The translations under genes were made by a program, and so were the position numbers. Below, piece by piece: positions 45,701 through 54,608 of a stretch of DNA of 64,000 nucleotides. The notes beneath the pieces are model-generated. The model was given only the letters and a program-made list of their open reading frames with translations, searched no databases and had not been told where the DNA came from. Numbering within the stretch: the first letter of the stretch is position 1; the number at the start of each line of letters is the position of its first letter. The stretch lies in the NCBI GenBank assembly GCA_963768855.1, contig CAVYJM010000011.1, forward strand, positions 352,001-416,000, in the 5' to 3' direction. The DNA is from an uncultured Thermoplasmata archaeon (lineage in GTDB: Archaea > Thermoplasmatota > Thermoplasmata > RBG-16-68-12).

Positions 45701-47221
45701 GACGGGACCGTGTCGACGAGCGCAACCTCGAACGACGTCCTCAAGCTCTGGATTGACGCCCGGATCAGCGTGAACCCGGACGGCGACAACCCGATCTTCA
45801 CGACGCACACGTTCACCGTCCTCCTGGAGATTGACTACGGCGACGGGAACGGCTTCGTCGCGGCTCCGGACGGCAGCGTGCCGACGGTGAGCGTGACGGG
45901 CGTGGGCAGCATCGACAGCGAGACCTGCTCCGCCGGGACGATCAACGGGGAATGCCAGGTCGTCGTCTCCTCCCAGGTCGCGGGGACCACAAACATCGAC
46001 GTGAGCTGGTCGGGCGACGTGTCCACGCCGCACGGCACCGCGAGCTCGGTGGACGCCGGGTCGGACAGCGCGGTCAAGACGTGGTGGGCCGGATCGATCT
46101 CGATCACAAAGGAGGTCGAGTTCGGCAAGTTCACGACGTCGGCCACGGTCTGCTTCACCCTCGACCGAACGGACGGCACCCTGCACACGACGAGCGATGT
46201 GACCCAGTGCTACGACTTCAGCGTGGGGGACGACTCGCACACCTTCACCTGGGAGGGCCTGACAGCCGGGACGTACAGCATCTCGGAGACGGTGACCTCG
46301 CCGTACGCGGCGATGGACCCGAACCCGATCACGGGCATCGTGGTCGACTCGGACCACCGGGACGTGAATGTGGGCACAGTCGAGAACCCGCTGCCCCCGG
46401 GCAACCTGTCGATCACGAAGCTCAACCAGGACGGGAGCCTGTGGACGGCGTTCGACGTGACCTTCGAGGTCTACCCGTGCTTGGACGACGCCTGCTCGAG
46501 CCTCGGCCCGATTGCGGCGAGCGTGCACATCCCCTCGGACGGCAACCCGGTGGTCCTGAGCTTGCCGGAGGGCCGCTACCTCGTGAAGGAGATCGTCCCC
46601 GCCGGGTACACGGTCCAGCCGTCGGACACGCAGATCGTGGACGTGATCTCGGACCAGACGAGCTCCGTGACCTTCACGAACATCCCGCCCTCCCAAGGCT
46701 GCTCGCCCGGGTTCTGGAAGAACCATCCGGAACTCTGGGACGGCGTGGGCACGGATGACGTGACGTCGACGATCAAGACCTACCTGCTGTTCAACGCCTT
46801 CTTCGGCGTGACGTCGGCGCAGTCGGGGCTCGCGAACAGCGTGACCCTGCTCCAGGCCACGGTCCTCCAAGGCGGTGGACTCACCGCCCTCGACCGGCAC
46901 GCGGCCGCGGCCCTGCCGAGCGCGGACTCGGGCATCAGCTACCCGTACACCGTCGCCGGCGTGCGGGCCCTGTACCGCGACGCGGTCGGCGCAGACCCCG
47001 GGCCCGAGACGGTCGATTCGGCCTTGGCGCTCCTGTCGGCGGCGAACAACCTGAAGTGCCCGTTCGACTCGAGCGGGGCGACGACGGCCCTCGTGGTCGC
47101 TTCGCTCCCGCTTGCGGCGGTCGTCCTGAACCCGGAGGTCGTGATGGCGGCGAACGTCATTGCGCTCGTCGTCATCCTGGCATGGGTCGGCCTCCGCGGA
47201 CGGGGCAAGCGCGAACCGTGA
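42728..47221 (+). CDS. Large surface/adhesin-like protein: signal peptide, N-terminal domain, 7 Ig-like repeats, 2 CnaB/SpaA-like domains, GCSPGFWKNH domain, C-terminal TM anchor
   Basis: Signal MALLLTWVMLGAALLAV; repeats bounded by K(R/V/L)xVD; C-terminal VIALVVILAWVGL-RGRGKR. Confidence 0.88.
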   Translation: MALLLTWVMLGAALLAVTQVANAVHANGQFELGPGPGAGALTDILGDGAIPGPDWGDIFDASGHVIYPGAIADFLADDLSQGGATDQTTYSGGGSSNKNGDPISTWSWATGNVPAKDDLSNVYAYATLYGGHLLIYVGFERITANGDSHIDLEFFKDNVRLDEAPPCDDPGISDPTVCHWLGSRTVGDIIVSMDFTTGGSFGTMTVRKWDGSAYQVIITLTGQGCNLAAGAIPADSICGFNNGGSINGGPWPNYDSHGNLITNLPTNAFTEFGLDITAIEGSTPCLTTVLGKTRSSQSFTAELKDFAGPAGFPLCSAGIVIKPDAVNEIGQEHTFNVFVNKTFAGVESPADDGTIVTVDLTASFGASVDLISDTCASPGTVAGMCSVTFKSDSSGTITGHASADVLVASETIHVETDGTGTNSGDATKRYVDAFVTLSPLEATDEVNDPHTVTVHVEADDGMGVDSNSDGSFFDPVSGVIPAISFTGDTPSFVDTSDCDAGTDASGNCDVVINSTSAGTFTIHAAVSFDVSGVTLSRETDGLGQNSGDAVKVYVDAKISISPSAVNVVGDPHTFTVTVMEDDGSGSGFAPAAGEHVDFSLTDSNGAVSVLDATASTCDNVGPNTDAFGQCTIVFTSETGGIVTGHASSSVQVGGLSLLRSTDGNAPNSGDADKRFVDATLSLTPGEAANQVGATHTITAFLQIDSGDGDGFQPAPDGEEIDFVIDSGPGVLTPTFCLTTGGTGMCSVDLTSAVTGLSKVSALWSNTLVFPEGSVLVSANADPVVKRWVDARLTLTPPDDANQVGDDHVLTATLEFDYGDGNGFVSAPAGETITWEIVSGPGQLSSLTCVTDASGMCSVTLHSDTTGTTSIGASWTGTIGTAEGNADATATADPVSKRWVDVRLSLTPEDAANQVNTDHEIVALLEFDTGSGFVAAPDGEEIDFTVVSGPGVLTPTFCLTDGGDGDCSVFLSSSITGLTTVEASWSGDIVTTDGTVSTSATSNDVLKLWIDARISVNPDGDNPIFTTHTFTVLLEIDYGDGNGFVAAPDGSVPTVSVTGVGSIDSETCSAGTINGECQVVVSSQVAGTTNIDVSWSGDVSTPHGTASSVDAGSDSAVKTWWAGSISITKEVEFGKFTTSATVCFTLDRTDGTLHTTSDVTQCYDFSVGDDSHTFTWEGLTAGTYSISETVTSPYAAMDPNPITGIVVDSDHRDVNVGTVENPLPPGNLSITKLNQDGSLWTAFDVTFEVYPCLDDACSSLGPIAASVHIPSDGNPVVLSLPEGRYLVKEIVPAGYTVQPSDTQIVDVISDQTSSVTFTNIPPSQGCSPGFWKNHPELWDGVGTDDVTSTIKTYLLFNAFFGVTSAQSGLANSVTLLQATVLQGGGLTALDRHAAAALPSADSGISYPYTVAGVRALYRDAVGADPGPETVDSALALLSAANNLKCPFDSSGATTALVVASLPLAAVVLNPEVVMAANVIALVVILAWVGLRGRGKREP

Positions 47222-47229
47222 AATCATAG

Positions 47230-47286
47230 GGGGACCGCGCCCGGGGCTGGGTCCCCGGGGCGGCCTCCCTCCCTTTCTCTTTTCTT
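47230..47286 (+). terminator. Hairpin plus pyrimidine tract after the surface-protein gene
   Basis: GGGGACC/GGTCCCC stem followed by CCCTTTCTCTTTTCTT. Confidence 0.5.
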
Positions 47287-47315
47287 AGACCAAGTCGGGA
47301 AGCGGAACGCCCGGC

Positions 47316-48320
47316 TCATCTCCGACGGGCGTGCTGGCCCAGGTACTCCTCCAGGCGCGCGTAGCTTTCCCGCATTCCGTACTCCATCCCCGAGTTGACC
47401 TTCCCGTCCCGGTCCTCTCGGCTGTCGAATCGCGCATTCACCGTCACCTTCGTCTTGTCGCCCCGCACCGCCTCGAACGTGATCGTCTCGACCGAGACGT
47501 GGCCCGGCATGCCTTCGTACTCGAACGTCCAAGTGAGCCGCTCGGGCGGACGGATCTCCCGGAACTCGCCATGGAACCCGTGCTCGCTCCCGTCCGGCGC
47601 CTTCGAGATGAATCGCCAGGCGCCGCCCGGGCGCACCTCCATCCGGTCCACGGTGACGATGGAGCCGCGAGGCCCCCACCACTCCGGGATTGCCTTCGGG
47701 TCCACGTACGCCCGGAAGACTCGCTCCCGCGGCGCATCGAGGACGCGCGTGACGACGACCTCGCGCTCAGTCGGCAACGTCAGCTTGAGCGCGTCCCGGC
47801 CTCGGAAGCCTTCGGCCAGCTTGTCCAGGGACGAGTTCCATCCCGCGCCGGTGAGTCGGGTCATCTCTCCTGCGGGGAGGCCCGCGTGACGCAGGGTGAG
47901 CTTCGTCTTGCCTCCGTGCTCCTCGAAGGTCACGGTCACGTTCATCTCGAGCGGGAAGTCCCCGCCCATCCCGTAGTACGTCGCCGGCACGATGCGGCCC
48001 TTCTCGTCCGCGAAGTGATCCGTGTACACGAGCCGCTCGTTCGGGACGACCTCCTGGAAGACCCCCGTGCTCCAGAAGTCCTTCCCCTCGGGGGAGCGCA
48101 TGCAGAACAGGTACGTGCCGCCCACGCGCGGGTCCATGCGGATGGACGGCGCCGTGAAGGGGGCCGGGCCCCACCACTTCTTCATCTGCTCCGGCTCCGT
48201 CCACGCCTTCCACACCTTCTCGCGCGGCGCGTCGAGGAACCGCGTGATCACGAGGTCTCTTCCCTTCGCGCCCTTCCTTTTCGTTGGGGTCCTCTTCTCC
48301 GTCGTCTTGGGCATGATCAT
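47316..48320 (-). CDS. Tandem SRPBCC (AHSA1-like) domain protein
   Basis: Two copies of VITR.LDAPRE.V..A..P....WWGP ... GW/GM C-terminal helix. Confidence 0.9.
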   Translation of the reverse strand: MIMPKTTEKRTPTKRKGAKGRDLVITRFLDAPREKVWKAWTEPEQMKKWWGPAPFTAPSIRMDPRVGGTYLFCMRSPEGKDFWSTGVFQEVVPNERLVYTDHFADEKGRIVPATYYGMGGDFPLEMNVTVTFEEHGGKTKLTLRHAGLPAGEMTRLTGAGWNSSLDKLAEGFRGRDALKLTLPTEREVVVTRVLDAPRERVFRAYVDPKAIPEWWGPRGSIVTVDRMEVRPGGAWRFISKAPDGSEHGFHGEFREIRPPERLTWTFEYEGMPGHVSVETITFEAVRGDKTKVTVNARFDSREDRDGKVNSGMEYGMRESYARLEEYLGQHARRR

Positions 48321-48398
48321 ACCTCCAGGGCCTTCGCCCGCGGAGCGGGTCTCTTCGTGTCTTGCTTCGTCATGATGCTTCCCCCTGTTCGTCCTGCG

Positions 48399-48734
48399 TC
48401 ATCGGTCTTCCTCGAGATGCTTGGCCAAACGGTCGAACCGGTCCTCCCACAGGACGCGGTAGCGCGTGAGCCAGCCGAACGCGGCGCTCAGCGGCGCGGC
48501 GTCGATCTGACATCGGTGCACGCGACCCTCGGGCTCCACCTTGATCAGGCCCGCGTCCTCGAGCACGCGCAGGTGCCTCGAGATCGCGGGCAGGCTGACG
48601 TGGTGGGGCTCCGCGAGCTCGCCCACGTTCGCGTCTCCCCCGGCGAGCTGCTCGAGGATGGCCCTCCGGATGGGGTGGGCCAGCGCCGCGAAGACCGCGT
48701 CCAGGTCCAAGGCGACCGGCTTTCGTTTAACCAT
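48399..48734 (-). CDS. ArsR/SmtB family repressor (SRPBCC-associated)
   Basis: VFAALAHPIRRAIL, SLPAISRHLRVLEDAGLI, GRVHRC. Confidence 0.92.
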   Translation of the reverse strand: MVKRKPVALDLDAVFAALAHPIRRAILEQLAGGDANVGELAEPHHVSLPAISRHLRVLEDAGLIKVEPEGRVHRCQIDAAPLSAAFGWLTRYRVLWEDRFDRLAKHLEEDR

Positions 48735-48780
48735 CTGGTTAAGTGAAAAGCAGGCCGGATATTTAACGCTTTGGTTAAAT
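48727..48780. promoter_or_regulatory. Two TTAAC-N6-GTTAA inverted-repeat operators
   Basis: TTAACCA-tc-TGGTTAA (48727-42, over the start codon) and ATTTAAC-gctttg-GTTAAAT (48761-80). Confidence 0.75.
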
Positions 48781-48842
48781 GACGCACTACGGTCCTCTCG
48801 CTTTGCGTGAGTCCGTCACGAACCCCGCACGGGACGCTTCTC

Positions 48843-49127
48843 CTAGAATTGCCGCGGGGGCGGAATCTGGGCGAAACTGGGCATGCCCCGGAAAGGGCCC
48901 CAGAGCCAGAGGTAGAGGAACATGCTCACGAAGAACACGAAGAAGGAGAATACCCCCATCGCCGAGATTGAGATGGAGCGCACGCTGTCGAGGAAGGGGT
49001 AGTGCACGTCCACACCGTTGACGACGACCCGAAGGACGATGTACAGCCACAGGAGGAAACTGGAGACCCAGGTGGTCAGGATTAGGGCCCGGAGGAACCG
49101 GCTGGTTTGCAGCAACGGGACGGCCAT
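48843..49127 (-). CDS. Small 2-TM membrane protein
   Basis: Two hydrophobic helices in 94 aa. Confidence 0.6.
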   Translation of the reverse strand: MAVPLLQTSRFLRALILTTWVSSFLLWLYIVLRVVVNGVDVHYPFLDSVRSISISAMGVFSFFVFFVSMFLYLWLWGPFRGMPSFAQIPPPRQF

Positions 49128-49274
49128 CGCCTGGCTCCAGGGACTCCCGGTACATAGGGTATTCGGTTCCAGGCCGGCCGGGGCAGGACGGATCCCGACG
49201 ACCCCTCCCGTCGCGCGATCCGGCCATTTGACTCTCCGTCGCGAGTCGAATGGGGTGCGTTGTCCGCGTTGCCA

Positions 49275-50180
49275 CTAGGTCACGGTCACGTACAGGTGGA
49301 TCTCCCGGTACGCGCTCGAGAAGTCGTCATTCTTGTAGAGGAGGAGCTGGACTTTCCACAGGCCGGCCGCCGGGATGGCGAAGGAGTACGGCTCCGTCCG
49401 GTTCGCCCCGTCCGCGACGGTGAGGTTCGTCCATGTCCACGTGGTGCGGTTGACCTCGACGGTCTCGTTGAAGCCCGCGGTCGCGTTGAACACGATCCGC
49501 ACGCCAACCAGCTCCACGCGCACGGTGTAGTTGACCGTCGCGCCCTCGTGGTTCGCGACGCCGATGATCACGCTGCCTGTCTCGTTCACGGTCAGGTTCG
49601 TCGGATAGCCGCTCGCGTTCCCGCCCGGGCCGAGAACGTAGAACTCCGTGAAGGTCTCTCCGGGCCGTGGCGTCAGGACGACGTAGGCGAGGGTACCGCC
49701 GGCGACGAGGATGCTCGCGATCAGGGCGATCGTCAGGACCTTGTCGAGCATGCCGTACTCCTTCCACTCAGGAAGGCCGAGGACCATGGTCAGGGAGAGC
49801 CGCCGCTCCGAGGGCAGCTGCATGCGCCGCCAGTACGCCGCGTAGCCGACGCCGACCGTGAAGAGCGTGATCGTCGAGACGATCGGGGCGAAGCGGATCC
49901 CGAACGGCGTGAAGTTCAGGAGAAGGCCGAGGAGCGGGACGACGGCGATGCTCAGCCCGAAGGACAGGGCGACCCGCTCGATCCAATCGATCTCGGGCTT
50001 CTCCGGCGTGAGGGAACCCGGGAACAGGGCCGCCACGAGGACGTATCCGGGGATGAAGAGGACAAGGAGGATTGCGAGGAGGTTGCCCACGTTCAGGGCG
50101 AGGAGAACTGCGGCCATGACGATGGTATAGGCCACAACGACGTACAGGTCCCAGGGCTTCTCCTGAAAATGCAGCCTCAC
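49275..50180 (-). CDS. DUF1616 domain membrane protein
   Basis: LFIPGYVLVAALFP, IERVALSFGLS, FTEFYVLG...YP, LLYK. Confidence 0.88.
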   Translation of the reverse strand: MRLHFQEKPWDLYVVVAYTIVMAAVLLALNVGNLLAILLVLFIPGYVLVAALFPGSLTPEKPEIDWIERVALSFGLSIAVVPLLGLLLNFTPFGIRFAPIVSTITLFTVGVGYAAYWRRMQLPSERRLSLTMVLGLPEWKEYGMLDKVLTIALIASILVAGGTLAYVVLTPRPGETFTEFYVLGPGGNASGYPTNLTVNETGSVIIGVANHEGATVNYTVRVELVGVRIVFNATAGFNETVEVNRTTWTWTNLTVADGANRTEPYSFAIPAAGLWKVQLLLYKNDDFSSAYREIHLYVTVT

Positions 50181-50340
50181 GCCAGACCTCTCGCCCGGTG
50201 CAGGCGAGACGGTCGTTTAACCGTTTTCCTACGTTGCCTCAGGACGCGGGGTGGCCGCTCCAGGAGCCGACGAGGACGCACGCTCTTCGTTCGATGACGA
50301 TCGACTTCGGATCGTCTGCCTGGCCGGGTCGGCGAGTCGA

Positions 50341-50727
50341 CTACCACCACCGCCCGTCCCCGAGCCTGCGGATGACCCACTCCTGGTCTCCCCATTCATC
50401 CATCTCCGCCAACGCGAGGCCGATCGCGTGATGCAGGGGTTCGTGGGTGAACACGTGGACGAAGACCTCCCGCCACGTGATCCCCTTCGGGAGCTGGTCC
50501 ATCTGCCACAGGTGGACCGCCGTCGTGCTCCGGTACGCGTGGAAGTCCGGGTCAGGGGACCCGAACGTGACGGCGAGACGGAGAAACCGGTTGTGCCTCG
50601 CCCACCTAACGATCTGCCGTTCGCGCGGGGGGACCTCCGACTCTCGGAAGAAGAAGACCCATTCGATCCCGCCGTCCCGCAACACGCGGGTCTCCCTCGG
50701 TTCGAGCATGGGCCTCGTCGACCTCAC
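50341..50727 (-). CDS. Small HExxH-containing (minimal zincin-like) protein
   Basis: VFTHEPLHHAIG within a predicted helix. Confidence 0.55.
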   Translation of the reverse strand: MRSTRPMLEPRETRVLRDGGIEWVFFFRESEVPPRERQIVRWARHNRFLRLAVTFGSPDPDFHAYRSTTAVHLWQMDQLPKGITWREVFVHVFTHEPLHHAIGLALAEMDEWGDQEWVIRRLGDGRWW

Positions 50728-50797
50728 TCCGTGCGGGTAGATACGGACTCGCCGATCGGCTCACCGGAAGGAGTCCGCCGGAGCGCCGGACGCAGCG

Positions 50798-51394
50798 TCA
50801 CTTCTCGTTCTGCGCGACCTTGAGCATCTCGCGGCAGAACGCGGGCAAGTCCATCGGATAGCGTGAGGTCACGAGGTTGCCGTCGACGACGACCTCCTCG
50901 TCCTCCCACTTCCCGCCTGCCTTCTGGATCTCCTGGGGCACGCCGTCGTGCCAGTAGGAGGTCAGGCGGCGTCCCTTGACCAGGTCGGCGGAGACGAGGG
51001 TCCATGGCCCGTGACAGATCGAGGCGACCGGTTTGTCCTTCGCGAAGAAGGAGCGGGCGATCTCCTGGGCCCGCTTGATCTTGCGCACGGTGGCGGGCGC
51101 GCCGTCCGGGAACCCGCCGGGGATCAGGAGGAGGTCGTACTCGTCGGGGTTGACCTGGGCGATCGTCTTGGCCGGCTTCAGGCTGTAGCCGTGTTCCCCA
51201 CCGATCGGATCCAGGGTCGGGGCGGCGATGTCCACGTCCCACCCCTCCTCGAGGAGGCGGAACAGTGGGACGAACACTTCCATGTCCTCGAACTTGTCGG
51301 CCGTCAGGATGACGGCCTTGCGAGTGCGGTTGGCGGAGATGTGGTTGGCCCCCGGCGCGCCAGGTGAGCGGGGTATTTCAGGATGTGCCGTCAC
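50798..51394 (-). CDS. pfpI: PfpI/DJ-1 family protein
   Basis: FEDME, LLIPGG, nucleophile ASICHGPW, DGNLVTSR. Confidence 0.9.
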   Translation of the reverse strand: MTAHPEIPRSPGAPGANHISANRTRKAVILTADKFEDMEVFVPLFRLLEEGWDVDIAAPTLDPIGGEHGYSLKPAKTIAQVNPDEYDLLLIPGGFPDGAPATVRKIKRAQEIARSFFAKDKPVASICHGPWTLVSADLVKGRRLTSYWHDGVPQEIQKAGGKWEDEEVVVDGNLVTSRYPMDLPAFCREMLKVAQNEK

Positions 51395-51428
51395 GAGCCC
51401 GGCCAACTCGAGACCGGTGGCCCGTCTG

Positions 51429-52883
51429 TCAACCGGCAAGCCGGCGCAGGAAGCGCCTCATCTTGTGCAGCGGATAGGCCAGGAATCTCTGGCTCTGCTG
51501 GACCGCCCGCCGGGAGATCGCCTCGGCCGACGTGTAGGCGGCCTTCAGGTCCTGCAGCTCGCTCCGCGGGGAGAAGAAGACGTAGATCGGGATCCCGACC
51601 GCGAGCAGGATCAGGGAGATTGCGATGAGCAGCGGACTGACCAGCGCCATCAAGGTCAGGGAGAAGAGGGCGCCCGCCAACGGGATCGCGCGTTTCAGGC
51701 GGAGTCCGCGGGAGACCTGGGGATGCTTCTTCTCCAGGACCAGGGTGGAGATGCAGGTCATGAAGTACACGAAGGCGAGAAGGAACACAGAGGAGGAGAT
51801 CAGATCCGTGAGCCCGCCCAACAGACTGGCGACATAGGCCGCGGCACACAGGACGATCAATCCGACGTAGGGCGTCTTGAACCTCGCGTGCGTCCGGCTG
51901 AAGGCCCGAGGGAGAAGGCCGTCGATGGACATCGCGTACACCAGGCGTGAGGTCCCGACGGTCCCCGACTCATCGGCCCCGGTGATCGACAGCAGGGCGC
52001 CCACCGCGACGACGAGCACGACAACGCTCGTCAGGAGGACCGGGGAGCCGAACATCGCGTATGCCGCGTCGATGAGCGGGCTGCTGGAGCTCGCGAGGAT
52101 GCTCCCGCCGACCGATCCGATGACCACGAAGTTCGTGAGGAAGTAGAAGGCGATGACAATGAGCATGCCGACCAGGATGGCCCGCGGGATCGTTCGCGCG
52201 GGCCGATCGACCTCATCGGTCGGGATCGTGGAGAGCTCGAATCCCGCGTACGCCCAGAAGATGAGGACGAGGGCTCGACCGAAGGCAACGAGGTCGCCGG
52301 TGAGCGGGGGCTGGAAGTTCGATTCGAATCTCCCGGGTTGCAGGCCCAGAAACGCGAGGCCCCCCAAGACGATGAGGAACAGCGGGGCGAGCTTGGCGAT
52401 CGTCAGGCCGTCGTTGAACCGTCCCGCGGCCTTGACCCCGACCAGGTTCGTGACCAGGATGATCGCGATGAACACCGCCTTCAGCAGGGCTCTCCCCAGA
52501 TCGCTGATGCCCGGATCGAAGAACAGGAAGTACTGGGTGAAGGCGACCGGGAAGACCGCGAGGGAGAAGAATTCCGCGAGGAGGAGACCCCAGCCGACGA
52601 GGAACCCTGCGAAGGGGTTGAACGCCTCCCTCACGAAGGCATAGGGGCCACCGACCTTTGGCAGGATCAGGACGCAGTGGGCGAAGGAGAGGGCGATCAC
52701 CATCGCCATCGCGCCGGCCAGGACCCAGACCAGGAGGGAGGCGGGGCCGATGAGCTTGGCGCCGATCGCGGTCGCCACGTACACGTCCGCGCCGATGATC
52801 GACCCAACGACCAGGCTCGTGACGTCAAAGGTGCTGAGTTTGGAGGCCGGACCCCCGGCGTTCGCTGGGCTTCCTCTCCGCAT
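51429..52883 (-). CDS. APC family amino-acid permease
   Basis: GSIIGADVY, GGPYAF, FWAYAGFE, SRLVYAMS.DG.LP, TPY; 12 TM. Confidence 0.9.
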   Translation of the reverse strand: MRRGSPANAGGPASKLSTFDVTSLVVGSIIGADVYVATAIGAKLIGPASLLVWVLAGAMAMVIALSFAHCVLILPKVGGPYAFVREAFNPFAGFLVGWGLLLAEFFSLAVFPVAFTQYFLFFDPGISDLGRALLKAVFIAIILVTNLVGVKAAGRFNDGLTIAKLAPLFLIVLGGLAFLGLQPGRFESNFQPPLTGDLVAFGRALVLIFWAYAGFELSTIPTDEVDRPARTIPRAILVGMLIVIAFYFLTNFVVIGSVGGSILASSSSPLIDAAYAMFGSPVLLTSVVVLVVAVGALLSITGADESGTVGTSRLVYAMSIDGLLPRAFSRTHARFKTPYVGLIVLCAAAYVASLLGGLTDLISSSVFLLAFVYFMTCISTLVLEKKHPQVSRGLRLKRAIPLAGALFSLTLMALVSPLLIAISLILLAVGIPIYVFFSPRSELQDLKAAYTSAEAISRRAVQQSQRFLAYPLHKMRRFLRRLAG

Positions 52884-53097
52884 CCCGGGGCACATCCTCC
52901 CGGAGGTTCTTAGCGGCTTCGTTCCTCCGCTTCCGGCTTCGGCGTTGCGCGGTCCCGGATGGGGATCGTCCGGGAGGCGTCCGTCCTCGCGTCGGGATGC
53001 CGCCTTGGCTTCGCAATTCGGGCATCCGGAGGGGCCGAAAAGGTGAAGGGTCCTCTCGCGATAGGATGACGCACGAGAAGCAGGAGGGTGCGGTAAC

Positions 53098-53355
53098 ATG
53101 GAGGACAGCGCGGGCAAGAGCAACGACGAATGGTTCGAGGCGAATCTCCAGGACCTCGTGGGGAAGTACCCGCGTCAGTGGATCGCGGTCTTGGAGGGCA
53201 CGGTGATCTGCACCTCCGCGTCGAGAGGCCGGGCCAGGGCGGAGGCGAAGAGGCTCGCTGGCGGACGGGAATTCTCCCTCTACTTCATCGAGCCCAGCAT
53301 GCTCCAGATGGGGTTCGCCCGCGGACGTTCCCCTCCGGGCGAAGGCTCGGGATAG
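53098..53355 (+). CDS. DUF5678-like small protein
   Basis: WFEANLQDL.GKYPRQWIAV..G.VI pattern. Confidence 0.65.
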   Translation: MEDSAGKSNDEWFEANLQDLVGKYPRQWIAVLEGTVICTSASRGRARAEAKRLAGGREFSLYFIEPSMLQMGFARGRSPPGEGSG

Positions 53356-53541
53356 GCGAGGACCCACGGCCTGGATTGGGCTCAATCCCATCCGACCCGG
53401 GCTCGCCGAGGGTCGGTTCCCAAGGAGTATCTTATAGGGAGGACGGCATTCCGGAGGCGCCGCATGGCGGGATGATCCCCGTTCGCCGCCTCACGTCGAG
53501 CGCGGCCAGCGCGGCAGGAACGACTCGAGGAGAGGGGAATC

Positions 53542-53781
53542 ATGGCGTTCGTCGATCCGTTGGCACTTCAGCTCTTCACGCTTGCCTTCGTCGCGGGATT
53601 GCTGTTCTACTCCGGAGTTGTCGGATACATCTCGTACACGCGCCACGGCCACCACCGCGCCTACGAGCACCTCCGGGGTCAGGCCGTGCCCCTCGCGGGC
53701 ATCGGAGTGATCGTCTTTGCGATTGGGATCTGGGGAGAGCTGACCTGGCCCCTCCCGGGGTTCTCCAACATCCTCTTCTAG
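53542..53781 (+). pseudogene. Truncated DUF981-like membrane protein
   Basis: FVDPLALQL and TWPLPG..NILF motifs; stops at TAG with no room before the convergent gene. Confidence 0.6.
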
Positions 53782-53804
53782 ATCCAGTGCGCTTACTTGC
53801 CGGC

Positions 53805-53839
53805 GGAAAAACGAAAGGTGACCGGATCACGATCCGGTC
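53805..53839 (-). terminator. Hairpin plus U-tract terminator for the Lrp-domain gene
   Basis: GACCGGATC-ac-GATCCGGTC inverted repeat followed on minus strand by CACCTTTCGTTTTTCC. Confidence 0.6.
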
Positions 53840-53865
53840 GTTGGGTCTTCTTCGAAGGAAGACGT

Positions 53866-54366
53866 TCAGAACTGCGCGAAGGTCGGCAGCGTCTCGGTGG
53901 ACTTCACGCCGGGCACGTCGTTGACCTGCTTCACGATCGAGGAGAACATGCTGTCCCGGTTCTCCGCTCCGATGCGGGCGATGACGTCCACGTCTCCGGT
54001 CGTCCCGATGACCGTCTCGACGCCGGCGAGCTTGCTCAGCTCACTGGTCGCCCGAGCCGGGTCGGCGCTCCGGATGAGGATGTACGCGCTGGCCGCGTGG
54101 CCGTCCTTCTCCGAGCTCTTCCAGTTCTGGAGGCTCGGGTACGAACGCAATCCGCGGACGTTGTCCATCGACTGGACATGGGCCGCGAACTTTTGGAGCT
54201 CCTCCGTGGTCCGGAAGCTGGCCGCGACGGCAACGTCATGCCGTCCGAGGACCGCCTCGGCCTTGGTGACATGGGGTTGCTCTCGAATCGTCTTCAACGT
54301 TCTCTCGACATAGCCTGGCGCCACCTTGAGAAGGATAACGCTGTCACCGTTCAGGTCCGTGGTCAT
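53866..54366 (-). CDS. Tandem Lrp/AsnC ligand-binding (RAM) domain protein without HTH
   Basis: Two copies of AxILx...V......G..DVxA. Confidence 0.82.
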   Translation of the reverse strand: MTTDLNGDSVILLKVAPGYVERTLKTIREQPHVTKAEAVLGRHDVAVAASFRTTEELQKFAAHVQSMDNVRGLRSYPSLQNWKSSEKDGHAASAYILIRSADPARATSELSKLAGVETVIGTTGDVDVIARIGAENRDSMFSSIVKQVNDVPGVKSTETLPTFAQF

Positions 54367-54608
54367 GTGTTTCACTCAGTCGTCCTACCAGGCCCGAGCA
54401 CTTATAGTTAGGTAAACCGAATAGATGCACCCTCTAACGGGTTCGAACGAGAAATGGTCGGCGCGTGACTCGCCGGTTTCTCCAGAGGATTGCGGTTTTC
54501 GTTCAAGTCCGGGCAACATCTGGAGGATCGGCGGTCCGGCGAATCCGGAGGTCCCGATCACCGAGGGGATGTTTCCGAGAAAGGGCCCACTCCTTCGAGC
54601 GGGATTCT

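Noticed and set aside
44750-46090. Repeated DNA segments as a CRISPR array
   Set aside because: They are diverged in-frame coding repeats of about 330-370 nt; no constant repeat-spacer pattern and no cas genes
42653-47227. Long antisense ORFs (669, 738 aa) opposite the surface protein, and similar ones at 17316, 22344 and 29782
   Set aside because: Arg/Gly/Pro-rich shadows expected from stop-codon scarcity at high GC; no domain motifs
53779-53781. Pyrrolysine readthrough of the TAG in the DUF981-like gene
   Set aside because: Downstream in-frame sequence is not membrane-protein-like and runs into a terminator; no pyl genes in the window
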